A program made the translations under genes and the position numbers. Below the pieces are notes generated by a model. It worked only from the letters and a program-made list of their open reading frames with translations, ran no database searches and had not been told where the DNA came from. Below, piece by piece: positions 49,281-59,200 of a stretch of 64,000 nt of DNA (position 1 is its first letter; the number at the start of each line of letters is the position of its first letter). Source of the DNA: Deinococcales bacterium (GTDB taxonomy: Bacteria > Deinococcota > Deinococci > Deinococcales > JAAFIG01); the NCBI GenBank assembly GCA_031414595.1, contig JANNVX010000041.1, forward strand, positions 108,782-172,781. Direction: 5' to 3'.

Positions 49281-49691
49281 TTATTTTTTGCTGATAGCAC
49301 ACCCAAAACCAGCTGTTTTGCGATCATTTTGATACTGTGCGCCAATGCCTTTATTGGCTAGGGTCTGTTCGGTTAAAGGTACAACACAAGACAGTTGTTC
49401 GGTGCTGGAAATTTGAAAAACCATCACTAAGTTTTTACGATCACTCGGCACAACCCCAGAACCCGCCAAGGCTGGGGCGGTGGTTTTGAAGGTAGCATAA
49501 ACCCAGTTGGTCTTGTCTAAGCGTGGTGTCCCAGTCAAAGAAAAATCAAAAGCGATTTCTTTTGGAGCGTTAAAAACCACCTTCCAAACCTCATCTGATT
49601 TGAGTGGGAAGTCAAAATTGAATTTTGAAACAAAAGCAGGACTACAAGAAGCAAGAAACAACGCCAAAGCAACACAAACAAACCATTTCAT
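49281..49691 (-). CDS. Hypothetical lipoprotein
   Basis: Lipobox LASC after a hydrophobic signal. Confidence 0.65.
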   Translation of the reverse strand: MKWFVCVALALFLASCSPAFVSKFNFDFPLKSDEVWKVVFNAPKEIAFDFSLTGTPRLDKTNWVYATFKTTAPALAGSGVVPSDRKNLVMVFQISSTEQLSCVVPLTEQTLANKGIGAQYQNDRKTAGFGCAISKK

Positions 49692-49710
49692 TCCCCGAGA
49701 ATACCTGACT

Positions 49711-52026
49711 TTAGCGCTGTGTGGGTTGTCCTAACAAACCAGCTTCGGGGTTTTGCATCAGGGTGCGCCAAGTTCCAGTCTCGAGGGAATAGGTTATTGC
49801 TCCATCTCGGTCGGTGCGAAACGCCAAAGGGCGGTATGGTTTTAGGCGTTCCAAAACATCTTTACTTGGGTGTCCGTAAGTGTTGTCTGCGCCGCTCGAG
49901 ACGACCACGGCTTTGGGTGTGGTACGACGCAAAAGTGTTTGGCTGGTGCTAAATCGGCTGCCATGATGCGCCAGTTTTAAGACATCTACTGCGCCCGGAT
50001 TCATCGTCTCTTCGACTTCGCTGGGCGCATCGCCTAAAAAAAGCAGACGCTTACCTTTGAACTCGAGACTGAATGCCACCGAATTGATATTGTCGTCCTC
50101 CAAATTAAAAGGTGGGGCTGGATGCAAGAATTGAATCGTGGCTGTACCAAGTTTCCACTGCATTCCACGCCCAACCACTCGAATTGGAATGTTACGGCTT
50201 TTGGCAGAAGCAATCATTTCATCCCAAACAGTATCTTCGCCTGTTGGCTTATCATGCCCAATCATCAGGCTCGAGACTGGAAAATGACGCAGTACCGCAT
50301 TCAGCCCCTCGATGTGGTCAGCATCACCGTGTGTAGCAATCACGGTCAGGCTTTTGACCCCAAGGCTACGCAATGCCGGCACAACTACCCTTGCGCCCAT
50401 ATCAAAGTCCGATTGGGGTGTTCCACCACCATCCACAAGAATATCGCCAACGGGCAATCGAATCAGGGTGGCATCGCCTTGTCCAACGTCCAAGTAAATA
50501 ATTTCGGCTCGAGAACGATTGGGTAATGCTGTGACCAACACCGATGCCAGCATAATTGCCAGCATTTGATACGGACGCAACCAACCTTGCAGTGCCGCGT
50601 AAATAGCCATCACACTGGCATAAAACGCCACATAACCCAGTGTGGAAACACTGCCCCACTCGAGAACAGGTGCATTAGAAAAAAACTTTGCACCCTCGAG
50701 CATGAGCCAAGCCAAATGTTGGATGACCAAGTTCACAATCCAACCTGCCGAGCCAAGCAGCCCCGCGATAAAACTCAGAATGACAAGCGGCAACATTAGC
50801 AGTTCTGCAAACAAATTACTGATTGGAGAAATGAGGGGAATTGCGCCAAAACTTGAGGCGCTTAATGGCAAAGTCAGTGCTTGAGCAGCAAGGGTCGTGA
50901 CCAGCACACCAATTACCCAGAACTTGACTCGAGAAAAAGTCAGGAATTTTAAGCCCCAAAGATGGACGAACCTAGGGTTTAAGTCGTTTTCATCTGGGCT
51001 TTTAAGGCGCAAGACCGCAAGAATTGGCAACACAAAAAAGACCATGCCCAGTACCGCCAAATACGAGAGTAGCCAGCCTAAATCTGCCAGCCAAGCCGGT
51101 TGCCAAAGCAGCGTCAGAACAGCACTTAAACCAATCGTGGGTAAGACCTCGAGTCTGCCACGCCCTAACCAACCCGTGACCAGCACAGCTAAACCCATGA
51201 GAATTGCTCTCGAGACACTTGGCGATGCCCCAACCACTGCCCAGTAAGACAGCAGCACCACAATCAGCACTGGAAAACGCCAGAGCATCAAACCCCGAAG
51301 CGCAAACGATAAAGCCAAGACGATGATGCTCACTTGCTGACCGCTAAGCGCCATGATGTGAGCTAAACCGCTTTTTGCAAAGACATCACGCCAAGCTGTA
51401 CCATCCTCGGATACTGGAATACCGTTTAATTCATCGGGGTCGCCAAGCGCCACCCCAGTCATCAGGGCGGCTTCTCGAGGTTGCAGACCAACCCGCACTC
51501 CCGAACGCACCCACGCCCGAGTTGCCCCCAAGATACCGAACTCGAGTGCAACGACTTCTTTGGCTTTGAAGATATACCGCGCCCCTCGAGACAACATCCA
51601 CGCTCCAAGGTCAAAGACACCCGGATTCCTAAACCACTTTGGGCGCTCGAGTTTGCCTGTAATGCGGTATGCCCCCATCTCGAGGGCTGGTTTAACCCGC
51701 AAAAACACCCGAGCAGCCCCAGTGCCAAAAAAACGCCCATCATAATCTCCGCTTAGCGTAATGGTTTTTCCAATAAACGGCTCGAGGTTATCGGGCAGCA
51801 CTCGGGTCACATGACTTCGCCACCAAGCCAAAGGGCAAAGCAGTAAAGCCACAGCCAAAGCGTATCGAATGGCTTGTGGGAACTTAGATAAAAGGGCTGG
51901 CAGCGCCAAGGTAGCTACAGCGAACGCAGCCCAAAATGGTAATTCTAAACGCTCGAGCAGCACCCCAAACACCACACTGAATGCCCCAAAAACAGGGAAG
52001 TTCAGCAGGCTCGAGGGTTTAAGCAT
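49711..52026 (-). CDS. comEC: DNA internalization competence protein ComEC/Rec2
   Basis: GLAHIMALSG, SPSV.RA..M, LSY; MBL domain LDVGQGD, THGDADH, HHGS, YGHP. Confidence 0.93.
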   Translation of the reverse strand: MLKPSSLLNFPVFGAFSVVFGVLLERLELPFWAAFAVATLALPALLSKFPQAIRYALAVALLLCPLAWWRSHVTRVLPDNLEPFIGKTITLSGDYDGRFFGTGAARVFLRVKPALEMGAYRITGKLERPKWFRNPGVFDLGAWMLSRGARYIFKAKEVVALEFGILGATRAWVRSGVRVGLQPREAALMTGVALGDPDELNGIPVSEDGTAWRDVFAKSGLAHIMALSGQQVSIIVLALSFALRGLMLWRFPVLIVVLLSYWAVVGASPSVSRAILMGLAVLVTGWLGRGRLEVLPTIGLSAVLTLLWQPAWLADLGWLLSYLAVLGMVFFVLPILAVLRLKSPDENDLNPRFVHLWGLKFLTFSRVKFWVIGVLVTTLAAQALTLPLSASSFGAIPLISPISNLFAELLMLPLVILSFIAGLLGSAGWIVNLVIQHLAWLMLEGAKFFSNAPVLEWGSVSTLGYVAFYASVMAIYAALQGWLRPYQMLAIMLASVLVTALPNRSRAEIIYLDVGQGDATLIRLPVGDILVDGGGTPQSDFDMGARVVVPALRSLGVKSLTVIATHGDADHIEGLNAVLRHFPVSSLMIGHDKPTGEDTVWDEMIASAKSRNIPIRVVGRGMQWKLGTATIQFLHPAPPFNLEDDNINSVAFSLEFKGKRLLFLGDAPSEVEETMNPGAVDVLKLAHHGSRFSTSQTLLRRTTPKAVVVSSGADNTYGHPSKDVLERLKPYRPLAFRTDRDGAITYSLETGTWRTLMQNPEAGLLGQPTQR

Positions 52027-52029
52027 AGG

Positions 52030-52539
52030 CTATTGAATTGGATTACCAATAGCTCCACTGCACGACGCACCGAGTTCAGGTGTTTGCTTACCCTGCATGT
52101 AGGTACGAATAAATTTATCTAAGCGCTTGTCATCTGCCTTTTCTACGCCAACCCGCACGCCCCATGCCACCGCATAAATGGGTTTACTGAGCGCTCCAAA
52201 TGGTGAAGGACTGACCACGGTGTAAGCTCGACCTTTGACCAAATCACGAATTTTTTTAATCTCTTCTGCCGCTAAGTTGGGTTGATAAGTAATCCAAACT
52301 GCGCCATGTTCTAAACTATGCACTGCATTTTCGGCGGCAATTTGCGTTTCGTAAACACCACAATTTTGCCAACGCGGATTATGCTCACCACCGGTTGGTG
52401 GATAGGTTGGGTACGATAAACGCCCTTCTTTGTGTCCTTGTGTGACCGTAAAAGTCTCGAGTCCTTCGATGGTCATGTCTTCTGGGGCGCAAGCCGCAAG
52501 TAACAGACTTAAGGCGATGGGAATGAGTAGTTCCTTCAT
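52030..52539 (-). CDS. DUF3105-family lipoprotein
   Basis: Lipobox LAAC; PPTGGEH, CGVY, VHSLEHGAVWITY, AWG, PE.GA.C. Confidence 0.8.
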   Translation of the reverse strand: MKELLIPIALSLLLAACAPEDMTIEGLETFTVTQGHKEGRLSYPTYPPTGGEHNPRWQNCGVYETQIAAENAVHSLEHGAVWITYQPNLAAEEIKKIRDLVKGRAYTVVSPSPFGALSKPIYAVAWGVRVGVEKADDKRLDKFIRTYMQGKQTPELGASCSGAIGNPIQ

Positions 52540-52657
52540 AGCAGTATTTTACGCGATTATTGGTGTGTGGATTGTGTGCTATGGCTGTCGGTAAGCATCC
52601 TCGAGTTGGTCCAATACAAAAAGGCAAAGGGTTTTCTTTCGCCCTTTGCCCTTCGCC

Positions 52658-52814
52658 TTCTTGACCCTTAAAGCAGCACCTATCTTGACCACATACGCGC
52701 ACCTTCTTGCTCGTGGAATAGCACCTGTCGGGCTACTCGCGCTGTCGGGCGTGGTCGCTGACGGGCTTCTTGCTCACAAGACAGCACCTATCGGGCTGTT
52801 CGCGCTTGGGTCGC
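52658..52814 (+). mobile_element. Nest of four copies of the 38-40-nt mini-element
   Basis: Parses exactly as A[52658-80] B[52681-703] C[52704-42] B'[52743-58] A'[52759-66] D[52767-805] A''[52806-14]; mobility is inferred from the nesting. Confidence 0.7.
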
Positions 52815-53306
52815 TTACTTCTTAATTTCTTTAATCACATCATCGGACAAATCTGTGCCTTCAGGGTCGGCGTAAATCACCAAACCCGATTGACTGGCAA
52901 TGGCTCTATCCATGACCAGCACAAAGCCTTGGGCTTTGGCAACTTTACCAACTGCCGTATCTACTTGTTTGGTAATTGGCTCGAGCAACTTATCAATTTG
53001 GGTTTTTAAGGCAACCTGACGAGCTTGACCCGTTTTAACAAGGGTTTCGTACTGTTGGCGTTCGGTTGGTGTGGCTGTGTTATTGGCAATTTTGGCTTGC
53101 AGGGCTTGGACTTTATCAGAGAGTTCTTTTAGTTCGGCTTGGGCTTTTTTCTGAGCTTCAAGTACCTTAGAACCATTTGGATGCCCTGCCAAGACAACTT
53201 GGGCATTGACAAAACCAATTCTGGTGGCGCGGGTTTGTGCCATTGGCACAGTGAAAACAGCAGTTAAGGCAACGGCGGCAGCGATAGGTAATAATTTTTT
53301 CAACAT
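52815..53306 (-). CDS. skp: OmpH/Skp-family periplasmic chaperone
   Basis: Signal peptide, RIGFVN.Q.VL, coiled coil, VAK..GF.LV.D, YAD...DLSD.VIK. Confidence 0.8.
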   Translation of the reverse strand: MLKKLLPIAAAVALTAVFTVPMAQTRATRIGFVNAQVVLAGHPNGSKVLEAQKKAQAELKELSDKVQALQAKIANNTATPTERQQYETLVKTGQARQVALKTQIDKLLEPITKQVDTAVGKVAKAQGFVLVMDRAIASQSGLVIYADPEGTDLSDDVIKEIKK

Positions 53307-53478
53307 ACATTCCATCCTTTTGATTTCCCTCGAGTCTGGAGGGTTTTTATCTCGAGCCAAAGTATCATGAGACAAACCAGCCGCGTGAGGTAGCCGTGAA
53401 AAATGTGAAAGCTGGTACTTTTGATAGAGGAAATTGGTTGAATCCATAGTGGTTCTGAGCAGCTACGGTAAAAGTGGG

Positions 53479-53507
53479 TTGACGAAACCTCTCTAAACAG
53501 GTACATT
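53479..53507 (+). promoter_or_regulatory. Sigma70-type promoter of tRNA-Gly
   Basis: TTGACG, 17 bp, TACATT. Confidence 0.65.
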
Positions 53508-53519
53508 ACTGAACGCTGC

Positions 53520-53593
<74 letters not shown>

Positions 53594-53613
53594 AAAATTG
53601 TGATTAGCACGAA

Positions 53614-53661
53614 AAACCAGAAGCCCCTCGAGTGCATTTAGACTCGAGGGGCTTCTGGTTT
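53614..53661. terminator. Long hairpin, probable bidirectional terminator
   Basis: AAACCAGAAGCCCCTCGAGT / ACTCGAGGGGCTTCTGGTTT, 20-bp perfect stem between convergent units. Confidence 0.75.
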
Positions 53662-53691
53662 CAAGGAGCTTGGCTATGGATTTTCAAACAC

Positions 53692-54204
53692 TTACTTTGG
53701 TGTGACAGCTTCTTGGAAAATTGGTACAGCCCGATTAACAAGGTTTTTTAGACTGAGTTCTTGAGCGCTGACCGCAGTACCAGCCGTCCCTTCTGCGTCA
53801 AATTCCCAATTCTTGAGCAGTTCGCCATCTGGTTTTGTCACAAAAAACTTACCTGTTAAAATATGAAAATAGGTTGTCACCCCTAAGACCGAAGTCGTTC
53901 TATTATTCTTTTGACTGAAATTACTAATCAGGATAAAATTTGGTTCAAATTCTTTGGTTAAACTGAGCAGTTGTTTGACCTGCGAAGTATTTGAATCGTT
54001 GTAATTTGATTGGTTTGAGATTGTTCTTTCAACAATAAAAACACGGTAATCCAAGGCTTTTAGTGCGTCGGCAATAAAAGGTTCGACTTTTTTCTTGAAA
54101 CTGTACACACCTGTATCCGAAGTAACCAAAACCACACGGGGCTTCTCGGTCTGGGCTGAGACAAAAGACATAAGTGCCAGTATCAAAATAACTACTTTTT
54201 TCAT
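53692..54204 (-). CDS. Secreted hypothetical protein, AT-richer than its neighbours
   Basis: AAGGAG RBS, signal peptide MKKVVILILALMSFVSA. Confidence 0.7.
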   Translation of the reverse strand: MKKVVILILALMSFVSAQTEKPRVVLVTSDTGVYSFKKKVEPFIADALKALDYRVFIVERTISNQSNYNDSNTSQVKQLLSLTKEFEPNFILISNFSQKNNRTTSVLGVTTYFHILTGKFFVTKPDGELLKNWEFDAEGTAGTAVSAQELSLKNLVNRAVPIFQEAVTPK

Positions 54205-54357
54205 AAAACTCCTTTTTGGCATTGGTGTTGTCATGAGTATACCCTAGGTTACAATTTTTTAGGGTTCAAATCTGACACCATTCCAGAGCCAAGTACCTCC
54301 CAAAAATGGTGTGATGAGCAGGAGCAGTCTAGGGATGTTTTGAGGCATAATAAACCG

Positions 54358-55179
54358 ATGAATCCTTTGGTCAGTGCCGCTTGGTTACTCGAGAACATTT
54401 CAAACCCCAATTTACGTGTGGTGGATACTCGTTTTTGGTTAGGGCAGCCAAGCGCAGGTCTGGATGCGTATATAACTGGGCATATTGAAGGGGCAATTTT
54501 TTTGGATTTAGAAACTGATCTTTCAAGTCCTAAGCACCCCAATGGTACGGGTGGACGGCATCCACTTCCAGACCCCGAAACCCTAGCGAAAAAACTCTCG
54601 AGCGTCGGTATTGGTTCAGAGCATTTGATTGTGGCTTATGACGATCCAAGCACTGGACAAGGGTTTTATGCCGCCCATTTATGGTGGCTGATACGTTACC
54701 TTGGGCATGATCAAGTGCAGGTCTTGGATGGTGGTTTACCAGCTTGGGCTGGAAAACTCGAGACAAGTAGTTCAGAATATCCCAAAGCGGTCTTTACCCC
54801 TCAAGTCCGCCCTGAAATGCTGGTCAGCGCCGAAGAAGTAGCGGCTCGAGATGCCAAAACAAGGTTAATTGATGCTCGAGCGCCAGAGCGTTTTTTTGGG
54901 CTGGTTGAACCGCTTGATAAAAAAGCTGGGCATATTCCGGGGGCAGAGAATCTACCATGGGCTTCGGCACTCGAGCATGGTTTTTGGAAAAGTTCAGTTG
55001 CCCAAGGGCAGAGGTTTAATTTAGAAGACCCCCACCAAGCGATTATCTTGTATTGCGGTAGCGGCGTAAGTGCTTGTGCCAATGCGCTTTCGCTCGAGCT
55101 TGCTGGGGTACAAGGGGCTAAGTTATATGCGGGCAGTTGGTCAGATTGGGTTTCTGATGACTCGAGACCCACCGAGTAA
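54358..55179 (+). CDS. sseA: Tandem-rhodanese sulfurtransferase (SseA/MST)
   Basis: GHIEGA, GRHPLP, LDGG..AW, GHIPGA, YCGSGVSA, LYAGSWSDW. Confidence 0.9.
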   Translation: MNPLVSAAWLLENISNPNLRVVDTRFWLGQPSAGLDAYITGHIEGAIFLDLETDLSSPKHPNGTGGRHPLPDPETLAKKLSSVGIGSEHLIVAYDDPSTGQGFYAAHLWWLIRYLGHDQVQVLDGGLPAWAGKLETSSSEYPKAVFTPQVRPEMLVSAEEVAARDAKTRLIDARAPERFFGLVEPLDKKAGHIPGAENLPWASALEHGFWKSSVAQGQRFNLEDPHQAIILYCGSGVSACANALSLELAGVQGAKLYAGSWSDWVSDDSRPTE

Positions 55180-55668
55180 AGCGACTGAATTGGCAATCAG
55201 TTCGCCTGTAGGCGTAAGGACATACTGGCGTTGCTGATGGCGTATGTATCCACATTGCCCGAGGTCTTTTAGGGTCATGGTCAGGGCGCGTGAAGTGATA
55301 CTCGGTAGCACTTCCAGCAGTTTTGAAAATCGGTGATGGGTTTGCAGTGCCAAAATGGTTGGTAATGCCCATTTGTTCAGTAAGGTCTCTTGGTTTGGCT
55401 CGAGTTGCTGGATTAAATTATAAGCGTGTTCGCCCAGCTTTTGGTTTATCAGGATGTATTCAGGGCGCAGAGGATGGGCATAAACCGTGTTGCGGCTAAT
55501 CAGTTCTAACTCGAGCATGATTTGCAGGGTACGACTGAGTGAATCACGACTGAGTTTAAGGCGGTTAATCAAGGTAACAAATTTACTGCCACCATTTTGT
55601 TGGTGCAGTTCGGACAGGATTGGCAGAATCCAGCGATGATGGCAGAGTTGGGTAAGGGTAATTTTCAT
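55141..55668 (-). CDS. Tandem HxlR-like winged-helix regulator
   Basis: Two HxlR-like halves (RWILPIL...LSRTL..M; KWALPTIL...RFSKL...ITSRALT..LKDL); overlaps the sseA 3' end by 39 bp. Confidence 0.7.
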   Translation of the reverse strand: MKITLTQLCHHRWILPILSELHQQNGGSKFVTLINRLKLSRDSLSRTLQIMLELELISRNTVYAHPLRPEYILINQKLGEHAYNLIQQLEPNQETLLNKWALPTILALQTHHRFSKLLEVLPSITSRALTMTLKDLGQCGYIRHQQRQYVLTPTGELIANSVALLGGSRVIRNPI

Positions 55669-55820
55669 ACAGAATTTACTTTTAGAATACGCTCTTGACA
55701 AAATAAGATTTTTGTATAAAAATAGTACCTAAGTCAAGACGAACTGTCTGCAAGCTGAACGACATTTCAGTTATTGCGCCAGCTTTGTTTTGCCAAAACC
55801 CGCACCAAAAGGAGATTACT

Positions 55821-56213
55821 ATGTCTAACAATCGTCTCGAGTCCCTAGGTTTCAAACCCACCGTCGTTGCCTCCACCAGTGTTAGCAATTTAGAAAACAG
55901 CATTGAGTGGTACTCAGAAAAACTTGGGTTTGAGTTAATCTATAAAGTCGAAGAAATTGGTTGGTGCGAAATGACCACCCCAGTTACAGGTATCACGATT
56001 GGCTTATCGCAAGTCGAAAATCCGCAAGTCCAAGGTACAGTTCTGACTTGGGAAGTGACCGATGTTGCCCACGCCAGAGCCTTACTCGAGCAAGCTGGGG
56101 TAAAATTTGTAGGCGAGACCAATACCATTCCGAACCTTGTTATGCTGGCTAGTTTCTATGACCCAGACGGCAATACTTATATGCTTTCTCAAACTCTTGC
56201 TCAGCCTTCATAG
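55821..56213 (+). CDS. VOC/glyoxalase-family protein
   Basis: VSNLE.SI.WY...LGF, V.DV......L...GV, FYDPDGN; AAGGAG RBS. Confidence 0.88.
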   Translation: MSNNRLESLGFKPTVVASTSVSNLENSIEWYSEKLGFELIYKVEEIGWCEMTTPVTGITIGLSQVENPQVQGTVLTWEVTDVAHARALLEQAGVKFVGETNTIPNLVMLASFYDPDGNTYMLSQTLAQPS

Positions 56214-59200
56214 TTTGTCTCGAGCCATTTTTTTCTTAGCACCCAAGATTCGCTAACCTCGAGCGGTTTACCTTGGCAAAGCGCTAAATTGACCTCGAGC
56301 GGTTCGCCAATTTGCACCACTTGGCTGAGTCTTAGGGCAATTAAATCAGCGTTTTGATTATCACCCAACCGCCTGAGTGCTTTGACCTCGAGATGGTGAT
56401 GCAATTTAGGGGCATGAAGTCCGCGCCAATAGTTATTTTGTTGGCGTATTAGAATGGCGTTTCTAGCGTATTGGGCAGCATTTTCCCAGTCGTTTAAGCC
56501 AACACTGGCAGCGCACAGATTCGATTCAATATAATTGCCGTAGCGCTGCTCGTTTTTTAACAGTTCTGGAATACGTTCTCTTGCCTCGAGCAAGATATTT
56601 TTGGCTTCTAAAAAGCGGTTCTGCTCGAGCAGCATTAAAGACTGGGCAAATTCAAATTCAATCGCCATACGTGGTTGGGCTTTATGGCGTAACTCAAAGG
56701 TTTTATTACATAGGGCATAGGCTTCGTTAAACGCACCAGTCTCGAGCAAAGGATATGCCAAATAGACGGCTGCCATTCCTATAAAAATAGGGTTGTCGTC
56801 TATTTGTTGTTTAATGGCTAAAGCGCGTCTTGCATAAGAAGTCGCATCTTGGTAAAAACCAGTGTTGGTCTGACAAAATGCCAGATTTTCAGTGTAGTAC
56901 GCCATCGTGTCACTGATTGGCTGCAACTCAAAGCGTTCAAGAATATCACGCCAGTGGTGAGCGGCAATTTGCCAGTCGCCGCGAGACTGATAAGCATCGG
57001 CAAGTGTGACCAGTGTCCAACGTTCGTGGTCTGGACTGATTTTTTTAGCTCGAGCCACCAATTCTAAAATCGGCTCGATAGGGTGATTATCGCCTGTGGT
57101 TTGTCTTTGAAAATTCAGTTTCGACATGGCGGTTTCCATCGCACCTTTTTCGTCTTCTAAGCCTTCAAAAATAACCGCCGCTTGGTCGTATAAATCCTCT
57201 ACCTTTTCTATTTTAGACCATGTGTAGGTGTTGGCTGCAAAAACCAACGAACGCCCCTCGAGTCGTAAATCCCCTAGTTCTCGAGCTAAGGCTAAGGCTT
57301 GTGCCGCTAATCCTGTGGCTTTTTCAGATGGTTCATTTAAGGTCACATAAATTGAATTGAGCGAACCAAATAAATGCCCAATTTCGTCGGTGGTTAGCCC
57401 CAAGCCAAGCACGGTGTTATCTGGATGTTGGGTTAAAATCTGCCGTGCCGACTCGAGATGGGTAGCGGCATCACGCCAAGCATAATTTCGTCCAGCTTCA
57501 TTGGCTGCCTGCATCGAAAGACGCACCGCTTCGAGCCAAGACCGTGCGCCTATCGCATGACCTGCCCGTTGTGCTGCACTGCCATAAGTTCGGGTCAAGG
57601 CGAGTTTTTGCAGTGCCTGTAAACGCGGCGCACTGAGGCGTTGCAGCGCCGTTTCACGCAGTTTATCGTGCGAAAAAGCAAAGCGCACCACATCCAAACC
57701 AAAGGCGGGAAGCTCGAGTAAAACCCGAGCGCGAAGGCATTCCTCGAGAGCGGCTAAAACATCTGATTCAGCAATTTGGCTGACTTCTACAACATCGATA
57801 AAACTAAAACCTTGTCCCAGTACCGCCCCAGCCTCGAGCAGTAAGCGTGCCGCACCGCTCAGACGGGCAAAACGGGCTTCAATCACCATCCTTACCCCCG
57901 GAGCGGTGCGTGGATTTTCCTCGAGTTGAACTTTCCAACCCTCGCGCCCAGCGACTAAACCGCCGCTTTCGACAAGGCTACGCAGGGTTTCGGCAATGTA
58001 CAAGGGCTGTCCATTGGTTTCGTGGTACAACCAATTTAGCAAGGCTTCGGGTGGTACACCAACATCCTCGAGCAAGCGCAGAGTTTCATCCCTAGAAAAT
58101 GCCTCCAAGGGCAATAACTCGAGGCTGCAATCGCGCCCAAGTTGGGTCAGCCATGTTTCGAGGCTGCTCATGGCTTCACTGCGAACCGTGACCAGCAGTA
58201 AAATTGGGATTTTTTCGAGAACAGCACGGCGCAAGGTAAATAGCAACACTTCAAGCGAGGCTGCATCTGCCCATTGTGCGTCATCGAGCATCCAAAGCAA
58301 ATGCCCAAGCTGCTTAGTGAGTTTTACAACAGCCTCAAAAACCCTCGAGCGCCCAAGTGATTCATCCGACACAGGGGCTGGTAAATTTGGTAACTCGAGC
58401 AGTTCTGGCAGCAGCCGCGCCAATTCTGCCAACCAAACACTCGAAAGCCGCGTCTCGAGATGCCCAACCCGCCGCAGGGCATCGGCAATGCACTGATACG
58501 CTAGTGCTGCCCCTTCAAATGCCCTTGCCGAAATCACAGTCGCATCTCGAGCCGCCGCCCAAGCCAAGAATTCTTGGGCGAGGCGGGTTTTACCAATGCC
58601 CGGTTCGCCACTTAAAACCACCACCCGAGGCGAACCTTGGGCAGTGCTGTGAAAACCCACCACAAGGCGCTGAAACTCGAGGACTCGCCCGACCAGCCGC
58701 GACTCGAGCAGCAGACTCGGTAAGCTCGGCACACGCCCAGACTGGACAGGCTCGAGCCGCAGGGCATCTGCCAGTGCCAAGGTTTCGGGTACGGGTAAAA
58801 CCCCCATTTCTTGTTCAAGCCGAGCCTTGAAATTTTCAAAAACCCCAAGTGCTTTGGAGCGCTGCCCAAGGTTGGTCAAAAAAACAATCAGACGCTGATG
58901 CGCCAGTTCCGACAAAGGTTCAAGCCGAGACCACGCCTCGAGAACCGCCAAACTCGGTTCAGCCACTTCTAAGGTGCTTAATGCAGCTTGTAAAATCTGA
59001 CCACGAATCGTCTCGAGCCAATCCTCAGCTTCGGGTGCATCGGGCAGACTAATCCCCTCAAGAAAATCACCCTGCGAGTTTAGTACCATCTCGAGCGAAC
59101 CAGATAAAACTGTTCGCACATCACAAGAAAAATCCTCGAGCCAGAGGTTGTGGCGGTCAGACTGCACCGCCTCGCCAAAGCTGTAGCGCAAACTCGAGAG

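Noticed and set aside
52658-52814. Possible mini-CRISPR array
   Set aside because: Units are nested rather than alternating repeat-spacer, and no cas genes are present. The repeats at 42618 and 60435 also lack spacers.
55720-55820. Riboswitch in the ~90-nt leader of the VOC gene
   Set aside because: No recognisable aptamer consensus; regulation by the divergent HxlR-like protein is simpler.
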